Positions 49,058-58,811 of a stretch of DNA of 64,000 nucleotides are shown here, one piece after another. Numbering within the stretch: position 1 is the stretch's first letter; every line of letters starts with the position of its first letter. The notes below the pieces were generated by a model. The model saw only the letters and a program-made list of their open reading frames with translations. It ran no database searches and was not told the DNA's origin. Position numbers and translations under genes: made by a program. The stretch lies in the IMG/VR virus record IMGVR_UViG_3300023179_000009, positions 186,001-250,000 of that record. One strand, written 5' to 3'.

Positions 49058-50098
49058 ATGAATGAAGTAGAAGTTCGCAGATATTTGAATGTGATTAAGC
49101 GTGCCGTTTCTTTGATAGAGGGCATGTTGGATAATGATGACGGCGGGCTGCTTGAATCGCTAATGCCCCAAAATATACAAGAGGTAGTAGCCACAGCAGC
49201 AGCACAGGCTGTTGCCCAGGTTGTAGCCAACAAGCCCATTTCCCAACAACCAACAAATCAAGTTGAGCAACCAGTTCAAGTTCAACAAGAGCCAAAACCA
49301 GTTAACGAAGCGGCAAAGTTGGCACGAAAGAAACATATTGGCGATTTGATGGCGATTGATTGTTGGCCCGAGTCTGTCCCTCAATTCTTGGTTGCCAAAG
49401 ATGCTTCTTTTGAAGATCAAGTTAATCGGGCAAATGCCGTTTTAGACATGCTCCTAGACAGGCATGTCACTGGGTTGAATTTTCTAGATTTTGGTTGTGG
49501 AGAAGGATGGATAGCACAGCAAATATTGAAACGTGGTGCGATTGAGTCGATTGGCTATGATATCAAACAATATGATTCTTGGTCTAATTTAAAAGATGTT
49601 AAGTTTACGACAAACTTTAACGACTTAAAGCCTAATTATTTTGATGTGATATTCTTATACGACGTTCTCGATCACTGCGAAGATCCCGTTTTTTTAATGA
49701 GTCAGGTTCAAAATTTAATTAAACCCGGTGGGGTTGTTTATGTGAGGTGCCATCCTTGGACCAGCAAACACGCAACTCATTTGTATAAACAAGGTTTAAA
49801 TAAGGCATATGTTCATCTTTTTATGTCATATGACGAACTAAAAGAATTAATTCAGCAAGATCCAAATTTTACACGTATGGAAAAAAATCCAGTCGAGGCA
49901 TACCACTGGTGGTTTAACAATTTTGACATCAAGAAAGAAAGAGAAGTAAAAGAACCAGTGAATGGCTTTTTCCACGTTCCGGCTTTTAAAGAATTATTGG
50001 CAAATGAACAACAAATTCCAATGAAAGATATCGATAATTTTTTAAGACTGATGGAGATACAATTTGTTGATTTTTGTTTAGTTCCCAAAAAATCATGA
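49058..50098 (+). CDS. class I SAM methyltransferase (paralog 2 of 3)
   Basis: FLDFGCGEG, DVLDH, HPWTSKHATHLY. Confidence 0.85.
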   Translation: MNEVEVRRYLNVIKRAVSLIEGMLDNDDGGLLESLMPQNIQEVVATAAAQAVAQVVANKPISQQPTNQVEQPVQVQQEPKPVNEAAKLARKKHIGDLMAIDCWPESVPQFLVAKDASFEDQVNRANAVLDMLLDRHVTGLNFLDFGCGEGWIAQQILKRGAIESIGYDIKQYDSWSNLKDVKFTTNFNDLKPNYFDVIFLYDVLDHCEDPVFLMSQVQNLIKPGGVVYVRCHPWTSKHATHLYKQGLNKAYVHLFMSYDELKELIQQDPNFTRMEKNPVEAYHWWFNNFDIKKEREVKEPVNGFFHVPAFKELLANEQQIPMKDIDNFLRLMEIQFVDFCLVPKKS

Positions 50099-50907
50099 AA
50101 AAAAAATTAACTTTTGTTTTGATGACCTGCGGTGAACTTGCGGAGAAAAAATGTGTAGAGGCTATCAAGCCCCATCTTCATGAGGTCGAATTTTTTGAAG
50201 TTAGAAATGTTTTTCCGCAAATAAAAGCTTTGAATCAAATGATAAAGAAAGTCAAGACAGACTTTTTTATTCCTTTAGATGCCGATATTGTACTTGATAA
50301 AGATGCTTATCCCAGAATCAAAAATGCGATAAATAAAAACGAACACGATCCAAGTTGGCATTCGATTCTTTTTCCTTTGTATGACACACTTACAGAGAAA
50401 AGGATACTGGCATTAAAGATTTTGAGAACTAAAGTGATGAAAAAAAATGTTTTCAAACAAAGCACAACGCCCGATGTTGAACATTATCAAAGATTGACCA
50501 GTCTGGGGTATACTTGTATACATGATTATCTAAATCAAAGAACAATTGGAAAACACATAGTAGCAGGAAAACATTTTTGTTATCATAAATTTAGAGATGT
50601 TTATCAAACTTATAGAAATTATAATTTTGAGTGGGATAGTGGGGTTTTTATGGGCGGAAGCGACTTAAGAAGTCACGCAAAAGCACATTATGATTTTTTT
50701 ATGAAAAAATGGTCAAAAACTGGCAATAAAGACTATCTTCATTGTATTGCTGGTATGATGGACGGAATATTATCGCCCGTTGAAAATAAATCTAAAACTT
50801 TAAAATCAAAAAAATATAATATAAAAACAAAATGGGCAATTCATGCCTTTTTAGACTGGTATATGGCACCTTTATCGACTTCCAAATCAGCCAGTATGTT
50901 GTTCTAG
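50095..50907 (+). CDS. GT2-like glycosyltransferase
   Basis: ALNQM, FIPLDADIVL. Confidence 0.65.
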   Translation: MKKKLTFVLMTCGELAEKKCVEAIKPHLHEVEFFEVRNVFPQIKALNQMIKKVKTDFFIPLDADIVLDKDAYPRIKNAINKNEHDPSWHSILFPLYDTLTEKRILALKILRTKVMKKNVFKQSTTPDVEHYQRLTSLGYTCIHDYLNQRTIGKHIVAGKHFCYHKFRDVYQTYRNYNFEWDSGVFMGGSDLRSHAKAHYDFFMKKWSKTGNKDYLHCIAGMMDGILSPVENKSKTLKSKKYNIKTKWAIHAFLDWYMAPLSTSKSASMLF

Positions 50908-51560
50908 GATTGATAGGGCATTGATCCAAAATTAGGAACATTAGAACTGGAAAGTGCGGTATTGACAACATTCTTGACAGTGTTTTCTACACCACCGGTC
51001 AGTTGATTTTGTTTTTCAAATTTTCTTTCTAAATCTATTGATTTTCTTTTTGTTTCTTCCATCATTTGTTTTAATTTTTTGGTATCCAAACTATAAAAAG
51101 TTAACATCCCTCCTCCTTTTGGGTTTGGGGATTGATATCTTTTCATTATATTCATATTAATGGCTATTCCAAGTTGATTTGACTTTATCGAAGGATATCT
51201 GCCGATTACATCTTTTTCCGGCATTTGGTATAAAATTCCTGTTTTGGGATCAAAATCTATGTCTCTCATATAATTTTCTGCATTTTCTTCTCGTCCATCA
51301 CTTTTGGTTTTTTGTCTTATTTCCCAAGTTGCGTAAGCATTCTCAGCCAGTGATGCTAATTTATCTAGAAGATCTTTATTTTGCTCTAGTTGTTTTTTTT
51401 CAGGGTTTGTTTCTCTTTGAAATTGTTGTAATTGACCTAGCGATTTAAAGCCACCCACTGGAGCTTTTGTCGGATCATATTTGTCGCCCATGTCGGGAAA
51501 CTGAAAGTGACCGCTGTAGTACACTTCATTCAAATAAAAAAATTCACGAAATTTTCTCAT
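50904..51560 (-). CDS. hypothetical protein with capsid-targeting-like N-terminus
   Basis: MRKFREFFYLNE; CTATATA just upstream. Confidence 0.65.
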   Translation of the reverse strand: MRKFREFFYLNEVYYSGHFQFPDMGDKYDPTKAPVGGFKSLGQLQQFQRETNPEKKQLEQNKDLLDKLASLAENAYATWEIRQKTKSDGREENAENYMRDIDFDPKTGILYQMPEKDVIGRYPSIKSNQLGIAINMNIMKRYQSPNPKGGGMLTFYSLDTKKLKQMMEETKRKSIDLERKFEKQNQLTGGVENTVKNVVNTALSSSNVPNFGSMPYQS

Positions 51561-51599
51561 GTAATATATAGACAAACTTCGTTGAATTAGAGGCAAAAA

Positions 51600-52472
51600 T
51601 TGATAAGCATTTTTATAATGTATTCGACCGACAGATCACAAGCATTGGAATATACTATTTCTTGTTTAGAGCAAATGCCTTTATACTCAAAGTGCCAAAA
51701 AACATTAATTGTTGATGGAAAAATTGATCAAATTCCGAATGATTGGGAATGCATACAGGTTCCTAGGATAAATGATGATTTTTGTTGGGGCAGAATGTGG
51801 GACGCCGGTGTGTGCTCTGCTAAATATGAAAAAATATTCTATCTAGACTCTGACCGTCTTCTTTCGAGGTCTTTTTTAAAATTGATTGAAGAATATGTAG
51901 TTGATAATGTTTTTGCTTTCACCTCTAAACATTTTCTTATGAAAAATAAAATTTCTTTGGGCGATTGTAAAAAATCTCTTTTAGAAGACGACCTACAACA
52001 AATGTTTGTAAAAAATCCCGATATTTCTTCTTTTTTACAATATGAAACACGCCACGAACAACCTTTCCACGGTCCTGGGAAAAACGTTATGTCCGGAAGT
52101 ACGGCGTTTACTAGAGATACCTATTTAAAACTTGGTGGTGTTGACCAGTGGTATTGTGGACACGGAGCATTTGCTGATAGTGACTTTCACATGCAGGCCG
52201 CTTGTGCCGGTTGTAGTTTTTTGGATTTTGGAACACCAGAACTTCATTTTCCTCATGAAAAAATAGATAATCAAAGCAATAGTCTAACCGACAAGCAGAT
52301 TTGGAAATTAAGTTTAGATAATTTTATTTATTATTGCATTAAATGGAAGTTGCCCATAACTTTGGCTGAGAGTTTCGCCGTCAGATGCGAAATCAAAAAG
52401 CCGTCCTCTTACGTCAATAAGAAAGTTAAAGAAATCAAGGCAAACGCCAAGGTATTTTTTGAAAAAGTTTAG
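51600..52472 (+). CDS. GT2/GT7-like glycosyltransferase (paralog of 30024..30806)
   Basis: LDSDRLL, MSGSTAF, GG.D..Y.G.G..DSD, ELHFPH. Confidence 0.75.
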   Translation: MISIFIMYSTDRSQALEYTISCLEQMPLYSKCQKTLIVDGKIDQIPNDWECIQVPRINDDFCWGRMWDAGVCSAKYEKIFYLDSDRLLSRSFLKLIEEYVVDNVFAFTSKHFLMKNKISLGDCKKSLLEDDLQQMFVKNPDISSFLQYETRHEQPFHGPGKNVMSGSTAFTRDTYLKLGGVDQWYCGHGAFADSDFHMQAACAGCSFLDFGTPELHFPHEKIDNQSNSLTDKQIWKLSLDNFIYYCIKWKLPITLAESFAVRCEIKKPSSYVNKKVKEIKANAKVFFEKV

Positions 52473-53136
52473 CTTTATCTTCTAAAAGATTCGTATCAGG
52501 AAAATCTTCTTGTCTTGCTTCTAGGTGACTACCATGCCAGTGATGATAAACGACCGGAATTCCTTCAATATTCCATTCTTCTCCATTAAGTGTTCCGTAT
52601 CGATTCTCCGATGATTGTAAAAATCCAATATTAAAACCATCAGCCATTATTTTATAATACGCTTTTATTCCAACGTCATAACCGCCTGGAGTCACCCTAT
52701 TTCCCTTGAAGCCCTCGGAAGGCTCCCAATCATATTTTGACAGTTCTCTTTTCATAAACATACATGCGGGCCTTATCGGCTTTGATGGAACTCCTTTTCC
52801 TCCAAAAAGATCAAACTTTTTCATTTGTTCAATAAAGAGTTTTTCCCAGCCATAATTTAAAATGTGGCAATCTACATCTAAAAACATCATGTAGGGATAC
52901 CTTTTGCAAATCTCATCAGCTTTTGCCACCCCAAGATTAAGCCCCTTACCGTGTCCCACATTCTCTGGTAAAACAAATTGATAAGTATTTGGATAATCGA
53001 ATTTTAAACGACTTTGAGGATCGCTGTTGTCTATAACAATTAATTTGTACTCTAATGTAGAGTAGCGATCTAGCGACTCCATCAATAGCCACAAAAAATC
53101 GTAAGAATTATAATTAACTGTAACAATTCCTATCAT
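52435..53136 (-). CDS. GT2 glycosyltransferase
   Basis: IVTVNYNS, IDNS, NVGHGKGLN, FLDVD. Confidence 0.8.
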   Translation of the reverse strand: MIGIVTVNYNSYDFLWLLMESLDRYSTLEYKLIVIDNSDPQSRLKFDYPNTYQFVLPENVGHGKGLNLGVAKADEICKRYPYMMFLDVDCHILNYGWEKLFIEQMKKFDLFGGKGVPSKPIRPACMFMKRELSKYDWEPSEGFKGNRVTPGGYDVGIKAYYKIMADGFNIGFLQSSENRYGTLNGEEWNIEGIPVVYHHWHGSHLEARQEDFPDTNLLEDKAKLFQKIPWRLP

Positions 53137-53157
53137 GTTTTAAAGGAGTAAATTACT

Positions 53158-53628
53158 TTGCACTTTGAACCTTCGGATAACCGAATAGTAATTTGGGGTA
53201 TGAGTTGTGTTGGCAAAACGACTTTTGCCAACACAATGAAAAGCCACACCTACTATTGTTTTGACGCCTTGTTCCAGTGGCATTTAATTGAAACATTTGG
53301 TCTCTCCGCCACAGAAAACTTTAAATATATTCAAAGAACTTGTGATGCAAATAAATTTGTTATAGACGGTTGGAACTTAGCCGATAAAAAAGGAGAATTT
53401 TTTCCAAATGATTGCACCGTGTACATACTTTGGGCACCTTATGAAAAAATTATTTCGCAATACAGAGTGCCAGTTTTAGATCAATTAGAACACAAAAACA
53501 TGTACAAAAAGTGGTATCATGAAATTGATATTTCTTTTTTCCCAAAAGTTAAATTTTTTTTGAGTGATGATACATTCCAAGAAATATCCAAAAAAGATTA
53601 TCTTACTTTTTTAGAACATAATCAATAA
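53158..53628 (+). CDS. P-loop nucleotide-kinase-like protein
   Basis: GMSCVGKTT Walker A; VIDG. Confidence 0.7.
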   Translation: MHFEPSDNRIVIWGMSCVGKTTFANTMKSHTYYCFDALFQWHLIETFGLSATENFKYIQRTCDANKFVIDGWNLADKKGEFFPNDCTVYILWAPYEKIISQYRVPVLDQLEHKNMYKKWYHEIDISFFPKVKFFLSDDTFQEISKKDYLTFLEHNQ

Positions 53629-54568
53629 AATCCATTCCAAGTTGAAATTCCGGAAACTGCTTGGTTTTAACAGTTGTCATTATTCGTTCTGCTATTTTTG
53701 GTATTTTAAAGAAAGGATCAACTTTTGATGTTATTTCTCGCCTGTGAACTTTTGTCAAACCTGCATTTTCAATAAATTTATCATAGGTTGCCAAAGGTGT
53801 GGTAACTCCTATGTTGTCTTCTTCATATTTTCTTTCTGGAACTAATTTATTAAGTTCATCTGGAGTAAACACAAGGTGAATATAAGATTTATTTAAATGA
53901 TGATACAAGTGAGTTGCATGTTTTGATGTAAAAGGATGACATCTCATATAAATTTGTCCATCAGGGGCCAATGCATCTTTTACCTTTTTGAGAAAGTCAA
54001 CAGGGTTTTCATTTTTTAAATGATCTAGAACATCAAATATAACAATTACATTAAACGGTCCTTGCGACAGAACCTCATTAAAGTTAGTAGTCAAGAGCAG
54101 GCCGTCACGTTTCAAAGATTCCCACTTGCTATTTTCTTCAATATCGTAACCAACCGAAATCAAAGGTTCATACTCGGCTGCAACATGAGCAACATGACCT
54201 TCTCCGCAACCCATATCCAAAACTTTTAAACCCTTCAAATCTGGTTCGATCATAAGTTCTACTATTCCACGGCCACGTTCCAATTTATCATTCTCATTAT
54301 CTGGGTCGCAAATTAGATTAGGGTTGACAGCTTCGGGCCACTTTTCACTGTCTAGTGCTTTTTTAAGTGCTTCAAAACTTTCTAAATCTTCGCCAGCATA
54401 CTCGGGAGGAACCTCTGTGTTTTTTTGAGATGAAACATTATTTTTTTGATAAGATTGATTTGTTGTTGTGATTGGCGAATCGCCATCTTCTAAAATGGCT
54501 TGTTTTAGATCTAACAATCCTTTCATTATCAAATCTATGGTCGCATTAACTTTTTGCATATTTGGCAT
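53603..54568 (-). CDS. class I SAM methyltransferase (paralog 3 of 3)
   Basis: VLDMGCGEG, DVLDH, HPFTSKHATHLY. Confidence 0.85.
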   Translation of the reverse strand: MPNMQKVNATIDLIMKGLLDLKQAILEDGDSPITTTNQSYQKNNVSSQKNTEVPPEYAGEDLESFEALKKALDSEKWPEAVNPNLICDPDNENDKLERGRGIVELMIEPDLKGLKVLDMGCGEGHVAHVAAEYEPLISVGYDIEENSKWESLKRDGLLLTTNFNEVLSQGPFNVIVIFDVLDHLKNENPVDFLKKVKDALAPDGQIYMRCHPFTSKHATHLYHHLNKSYIHLVFTPDELNKLVPERKYEEDNIGVTTPLATYDKFIENAGLTKVHRREITSKVDPFFKIPKIAERIMTTVKTKQFPEFQLGMDFIDYVLKK

Positions 54569-54623
54569 GTTTACCTCAAATTTTTTAATTTGTTTCTATT
54601 ATTATAGTGATTATTTTTAAAAA

Positions 54624-55442
54624 TTGGATTATTTAGTGACAAAATTAGCAGTTGTTTTAAATGTTCACGATAAACCGGATGTGGTGAGGGACACAATAGA
54701 ATCCATACAAACCTTTGCAACTAAAAATATAGTTGTCTTAGTCGATGGTGCTTGTTGGTCTAAAATGAAAAAAGAACCAATGGATGCAGCTAAAGTCGAG
54801 GGGTTTTATCACAATACTCATAAAGCACCATATAGAAACGTCGCACTGTCTTTGCAAACGATTGCAGATGTTTACCCAGAGTCAGATTGGTATTGTTACA
54901 CAGAGTACGATGTACTTTTTGCTTCTGAGAGATTCAGATATAATTTAAAAATGGCTGAGGAAAAAGGAATATGGATGTTAGGAAATGATGGTCGTGTGGA
55001 TTATGAAAAAATGCCTTTAATACAAGCCATGTTTGATAAACCTTTTAAAAGTATTTATTATTTGCTTGGATGTTGTTTGTTTTTTCATAAAAACTTTATA
55101 AACAAATTAAAAGAAATCGATTTCTTTAATCGTTTTTTAAATTTGACCAACGGTTTTACAGGAGGATTTTTTCCTTTTTATCGAGGGTATGATCTAAGTG
55201 AACATTTATACCCAACAATTTGCAGACACCTCGGCGGCAACATAGGTGTTTTTGCACACTATGAACAAACAGGTAATTGGCATGGCTCTCATAAGTTTTT
55301 TCCTGTTCGTTGGATGCCGGAAATCGACCCCGTAAAAGAAAACTTTCCCGAAGCTAGCATAATACACCCATTAAAATCTTTCGATCATCCGATTCGTGTT
55401 TATCACCGTGAAAAGAGGAAAAATGCAAAACTCTCAATTTGA
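54624..55442 (+). CDS. putative GT-A glycosyltransferase
   Basis: VLVDG, TEYDVL, IHPLK. Confidence 0.55.
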   Translation: MDYLVTKLAVVLNVHDKPDVVRDTIESIQTFATKNIVVLVDGACWSKMKKEPMDAAKVEGFYHNTHKAPYRNVALSLQTIADVYPESDWYCYTEYDVLFASERFRYNLKMAEEKGIWMLGNDGRVDYEKMPLIQAMFDKPFKSIYYLLGCCLFFHKNFINKLKEIDFFNRFLNLTNGFTGGFFPFYRGYDLSEHLYPTICRHLGGNIGVFAHYEQTGNWHGSHKFFPVRWMPEIDPVKENFPEASIIHPLKSFDHPIRVYHREKRKNAKLSI

Positions 55443-56022
55443 AGCAAAAAGTTTAGGAATTGTTTTTGATTTATCGGCAAGGCTTGAAAAAGAAGGAAGA
55501 CGAATTGTTGATATCGTCAAAAAAAACATGATCGATATTGTTCGCAAATGTTTAATTGATGGCGAGGATAGCATGTACCTTTACAACCCTGATTTAATAG
55601 ATGCTTATTTTAAACATGGGGAGCAAGTTTGTGCATTAGGAAATTACAATACAGACGGATATTCGTTTGATCTTTCGATGGCTCTTCGTCAAACTTTGTA
55701 TGTCCTAATGTCTGAAGACGAGGATTTTCAAAAGTACCTACTGTTCGTCACCGACAGGCTAGCGAACAAGTCTGCTTTAGAAAAAGCTTTTCATATCAAT
55801 AAAAAAGAAAAAATAGGATGCAAGTTCATATTAGTTGGAGTAGGCGATTACTATAATAAAAATATATTAGAAAATTATGCTAAAAAAGAAAATGTTTTTT
55901 ATATTCATTTAAACAATCCAGCAGAATTAAAATTTCCCCAAATTAAGGAGTATTTGGATGGCAAAATCCAATCATGTGGCACGACCGATGAACGATGTGA
56001 GCTTATTCAACTCTCAAGTTGA
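55423..56022 (+). CDS. von Willebrand A-like domain protein
   Basis: IVFDLS, LFVTD, ILVGVG. Confidence 0.6.
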   Translation: MQNSQFEAKSLGIVFDLSARLEKEGRRIVDIVKKNMIDIVRKCLIDGEDSMYLYNPDLIDAYFKHGEQVCALGNYNTDGYSFDLSMALRQTLYVLMSEDEDFQKYLLFVTDRLANKSALEKAFHINKKEKIGCKFILVGVGDYYNKNILENYAKKENVFYIHLNNPAELKFPQIKEYLDGKIQSCGTTDERCELIQLSS

Positions 56023-56767
56023 TATCATAGTGCCGTTTTACGGTCAATATGACAAAGTAATGAAACTGATCGATAGCCTTTTTAGGTTGACTAGAAGTAA
56101 TTATTATCAACTTATTCTAGTAGACGATTGTTCACCCAACCCAGATTTTATAAGAAATATAGATTTAAATGCTCAAAAAAATTCACAAAGGTTGCGACAA
56201 AGAAATGTTGTAAGGGCAATAAGAACCGAGGAGCAAAAAGGCTTTGCTGGTGCTTGCAAGGTCGGTTTTGAAGCTGGTGAAAGTCCATATGTTTGTTTTT
56301 TAAATTCCGACTGCATTATAGAAGACGCTGGTTGGTTAAAAAACATGGGTGAAAGTTTGCTAAAATTAAAGTCGGAAGGAGTTCGTGTCGTTTCGGCTGT
56401 GACCAACAATCCTGTTGGCGGTGATATATCCCAAAAAGGCGAAAGATTCGTTCGAGAGGAAAACGATGTGATTCTTAAAGACGATAGTTTTTTAAGTTTA
56501 TTTTGCTTTATGTGCCATAGAGAGTTGTTTTCTAAAATTGATGGTTTTATTAAGGAATATCCTTTTGGTTATTATGAAGACGAAGAATTCGCAGCACGAT
56601 TAAAAAAATATAGTTTTAAACAAGCGGTTTGTAGAAGTGCTTATGTTTATCATGAAGGACAAGCAACAGTTCATCAGATATGGAAGTCGCATCCAACAGC
56701 AAGAAAAATTATGGAAGAAGACAACCGAAAAAGGTGCATAGAAGACATGAAATTACTCAAATCTTAG
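55958..56767 (+). CDS. GT2 glycosyltransferase
   Basis: DIIVP, LVDDCS, GFAGAC, FLNSD, YYEDEE. Confidence 0.88.
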   Translation: MAKSNHVARPMNDVSLFNSQVDIIVPFYGQYDKVMKLIDSLFRLTRSNYYQLILVDDCSPNPDFIRNIDLNAQKNSQRLRQRNVVRAIRTEEQKGFAGACKVGFEAGESPYVCFLNSDCIIEDAGWLKNMGESLLKLKSEGVRVVSAVTNNPVGGDISQKGERFVREENDVILKDDSFLSLFCFMCHRELFSKIDGFIKEYPFGYYEDEEFAARLKKYSFKQAVCRSAYVYHEGQATVHQIWKSHPTARKIMEEDNRKRCIEDMKLLKS

Positions 56768-56843
56768 ATTTTTTTTGATTTTGAAATGCAAATAATTAAT
56801 CATAGATATTTGCGAAACCGGTATTCTAAACAGGAGGTATAAA

Positions 56844-57083
56844 ATGGCTGCTATTTTAGTTCCAGCTATTACTGGAAACAAATGTGTTGGATCTTACACC
56901 GATGGCAGTGTTCTTCGCAAACACTTTTGCAAAAAAGGCACTGATGCTAATGGTGACGCAATTTACACCTGTGCCACATGGCGCAGATTTAGAGTAAACT
57001 GCCCAAAAATTAATTTTCAATGCAGTTCTTTGTCAGAAGCTTGGGTGGCTGCTGCTGTAGTTTGTCGCCAAAGACTCTTCTAA
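56844..57083 (+). CDS. small Cys-rich hypothetical protein
   Basis: Strong AGGAGG SD; own terminator. Confidence 0.7.
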   Translation: MAAILVPAITGNKCVGSYTDGSVLRKHFCKKGTDANGDAIYTCATWRRFRVNCPKINFQCSSLSEAWVAAAVVCRQRLF

Positions 57084-57109
57084 ATCATCAAAATTTTGTT
57101 AAGATGGTT

Positions 57110-57143
57110 AAGAGACGCACTTTTTGTGCGTCTCTTTTTTTTT
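57110..57143 (+). terminator. Rho-independent terminator
   Basis: AAGAGACGCAC/GTGCGTCTCTT + T run. Confidence 0.85.
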
Positions 57144-57146
57144 AGG

Positions 57147-57318
57147 TTGACAACTCGTATCTTACACGTAGAATGTTCGCCAGTTCGGATTTTTTGGTCC
57201 GAAAAAGCCAACTGGATGGCTTGAATATTCTCAGCCATACGCTGGTTTTTCGATTTGGATCCCAAGAAATTTTACCAACAGGAGTTGGTGTTTCTGGGTT
57301 TTTTGAAAGGATGCTGCC
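57147..57318 (+). promoter_or_regulatory. sigma70 promoter and structured 5' leader of parB with GGA motifs
   Basis: TTGACA-16-TAGAAT; hairpin ACCAAC-AGGA-GTTGGT; SD AAAGGATG. Confidence 0.6.
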
Positions 57319-58788
57319 ATGCAATCGAAAATTAATCGCAACGATTCGGCCTCAAACAAGTTCAGCCTTATTCCGCTATCGGAAATAGTTATCGTGGAAA
57401 GACCAGCGGAAGGCGAAGAAAATGAAAAACTGTTCTTCAATCCACGTGGTCCGAGTTCTTTTACTCCGGATCGAATGATGCAACTTCAGTATTCAATCCG
57501 CACAGACGGCATTCAACAACCTCCGATTGTAAGATTAAATGAAGATTCTTATGAATTGATCGCTGGCGAAAGAAGGATTCGTTCATGCCAGAGCATCGTA
57601 GAGAGTGATTTGCCATGTTTTGATGAAGATAATCCTCGTCGTGATTCTTACGATAAAGGAGATATTGTTCTTTATAAAGGTCGCTTCGGCACTGTTGTTA
57701 AAGAATTGAGTGATGAAATCATCGTGGATTTCGATGATGATTGCATTGGATCTCAAGAAAGAAAAAATTGTCCGATTGAAGATGTTTTTGCCACGGTTTC
57801 TGGCAGCGAACTGTATGAGAACGTTCCCTGCAAAATTGTAACCGACTGTTCTGATCAAAGAGCGTTGAGACTCGCTTTTACAGAAAATGACCAGTCGGAG
57901 CCTTTGACTATTGCCGAAGAAGTTGCTTTAGTTGAGCGGCTTTCAAGGTCCGGGTTAAAGCAAGAAGAAATTGCCGAACTGCTTGGCTCAAACATAACTT
58001 GGGTGTGCCAAACAGGCAATTTTAGATCTCAATTGCCAAATAAAGCATTTGATAAACTTCTTAAAGGCGAAATGACTCGTCATGTTGCCGTGAATTTTTT
58101 GAGTTACTCTCCTGACGATAGAGAAGAATTATTTGAAGCAACACTTGAGGCAGAAACCCAAGAGACTCAAGAAAAAATTGCTGAACTGACAGAGGAGAAG
58201 GAACGCCTGGAGGACGAAGAAGAAATAGCAATATCGGATGCAATCAAGGCCGATGATGATGGCGACGAAAAAACCGCCAGGAAACTTCGTAAGAAAGCCG
58301 CTGGTCTTGCTTCGAAAGCAACAAAGGCCGCAGGCCGTCTTGAACGTGTGAAGCGTGAAAAGGGCAACATCAAGCAAGGTCACGTTAAGTCTGGGGCCAA
58401 AGCGAAAGGGTTGCAGCCCAAGAAGATCAAGTCGTTAGACAAAAACGATATTGAGGCCATCTTTGTTGATGGAATTCAAGAGTTCCTTGAGGGAGAAGGC
58501 GTTTGTGGAATAACCGGAGAAACAGTTCCAGCAGAATATGCTGCTATTGTTTTATCAACAGCAAAAGCGATTATTGCTGGCATCTCCGATCCTGTTCACC
58601 CAATTCGTGAATATATGTGCGAAATTGGTGTTTGGGAATTGCCCAAGCGTAAAAAGAAAAAGAAGGAAGAAATATCTTTTGATGAAGATGATATCGAAGA
58701 AGATGAAACCATTAGCGAAGATGATGATTTTGAAAATCACTTGAAGAGTTACGATGATGATGAAGACGAGCAAATTGATGATGAGTGA
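57319..58788 (+). CDS. ParB/RepB/Spo0J-family protein with insertion and acidic tail
   Basis: NPR, SIRTDGIQQPPIV, LIAGERRIR, LAFTEN, HTH (GLKQEEIAELLG). Confidence 0.88.
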   Translation: MQSKINRNDSASNKFSLIPLSEIVIVERPAEGEENEKLFFNPRGPSSFTPDRMMQLQYSIRTDGIQQPPIVRLNEDSYELIAGERRIRSCQSIVESDLPCFDEDNPRRDSYDKGDIVLYKGRFGTVVKELSDEIIVDFDDDCIGSQERKNCPIEDVFATVSGSELYENVPCKIVTDCSDQRALRLAFTENDQSEPLTIAEEVALVERLSRSGLKQEEIAELLGSNITWVCQTGNFRSQLPNKAFDKLLKGEMTRHVAVNFLSYSPDDREELFEATLEAETQETQEKIAELTEEKERLEDEEEIAISDAIKADDDGDEKTARKLRKKAAGLASKATKAAGRLERVKREKGNIKQGHVKSGAKAKGLQPKKIKSLDKNDIEAIFVDGIQEFLEGEGVCGITGETVPAEYAAIVLSTAKAIIAGISDPVHPIREYMCEIGVWELPKRKKKKKEEISFDEDDIEEDETISEDDDFENHLKSYDDDEDEQIDDE

Positions 58789-58811
58789 TTCTCTCTCAAA
58801 TTAATAACATG

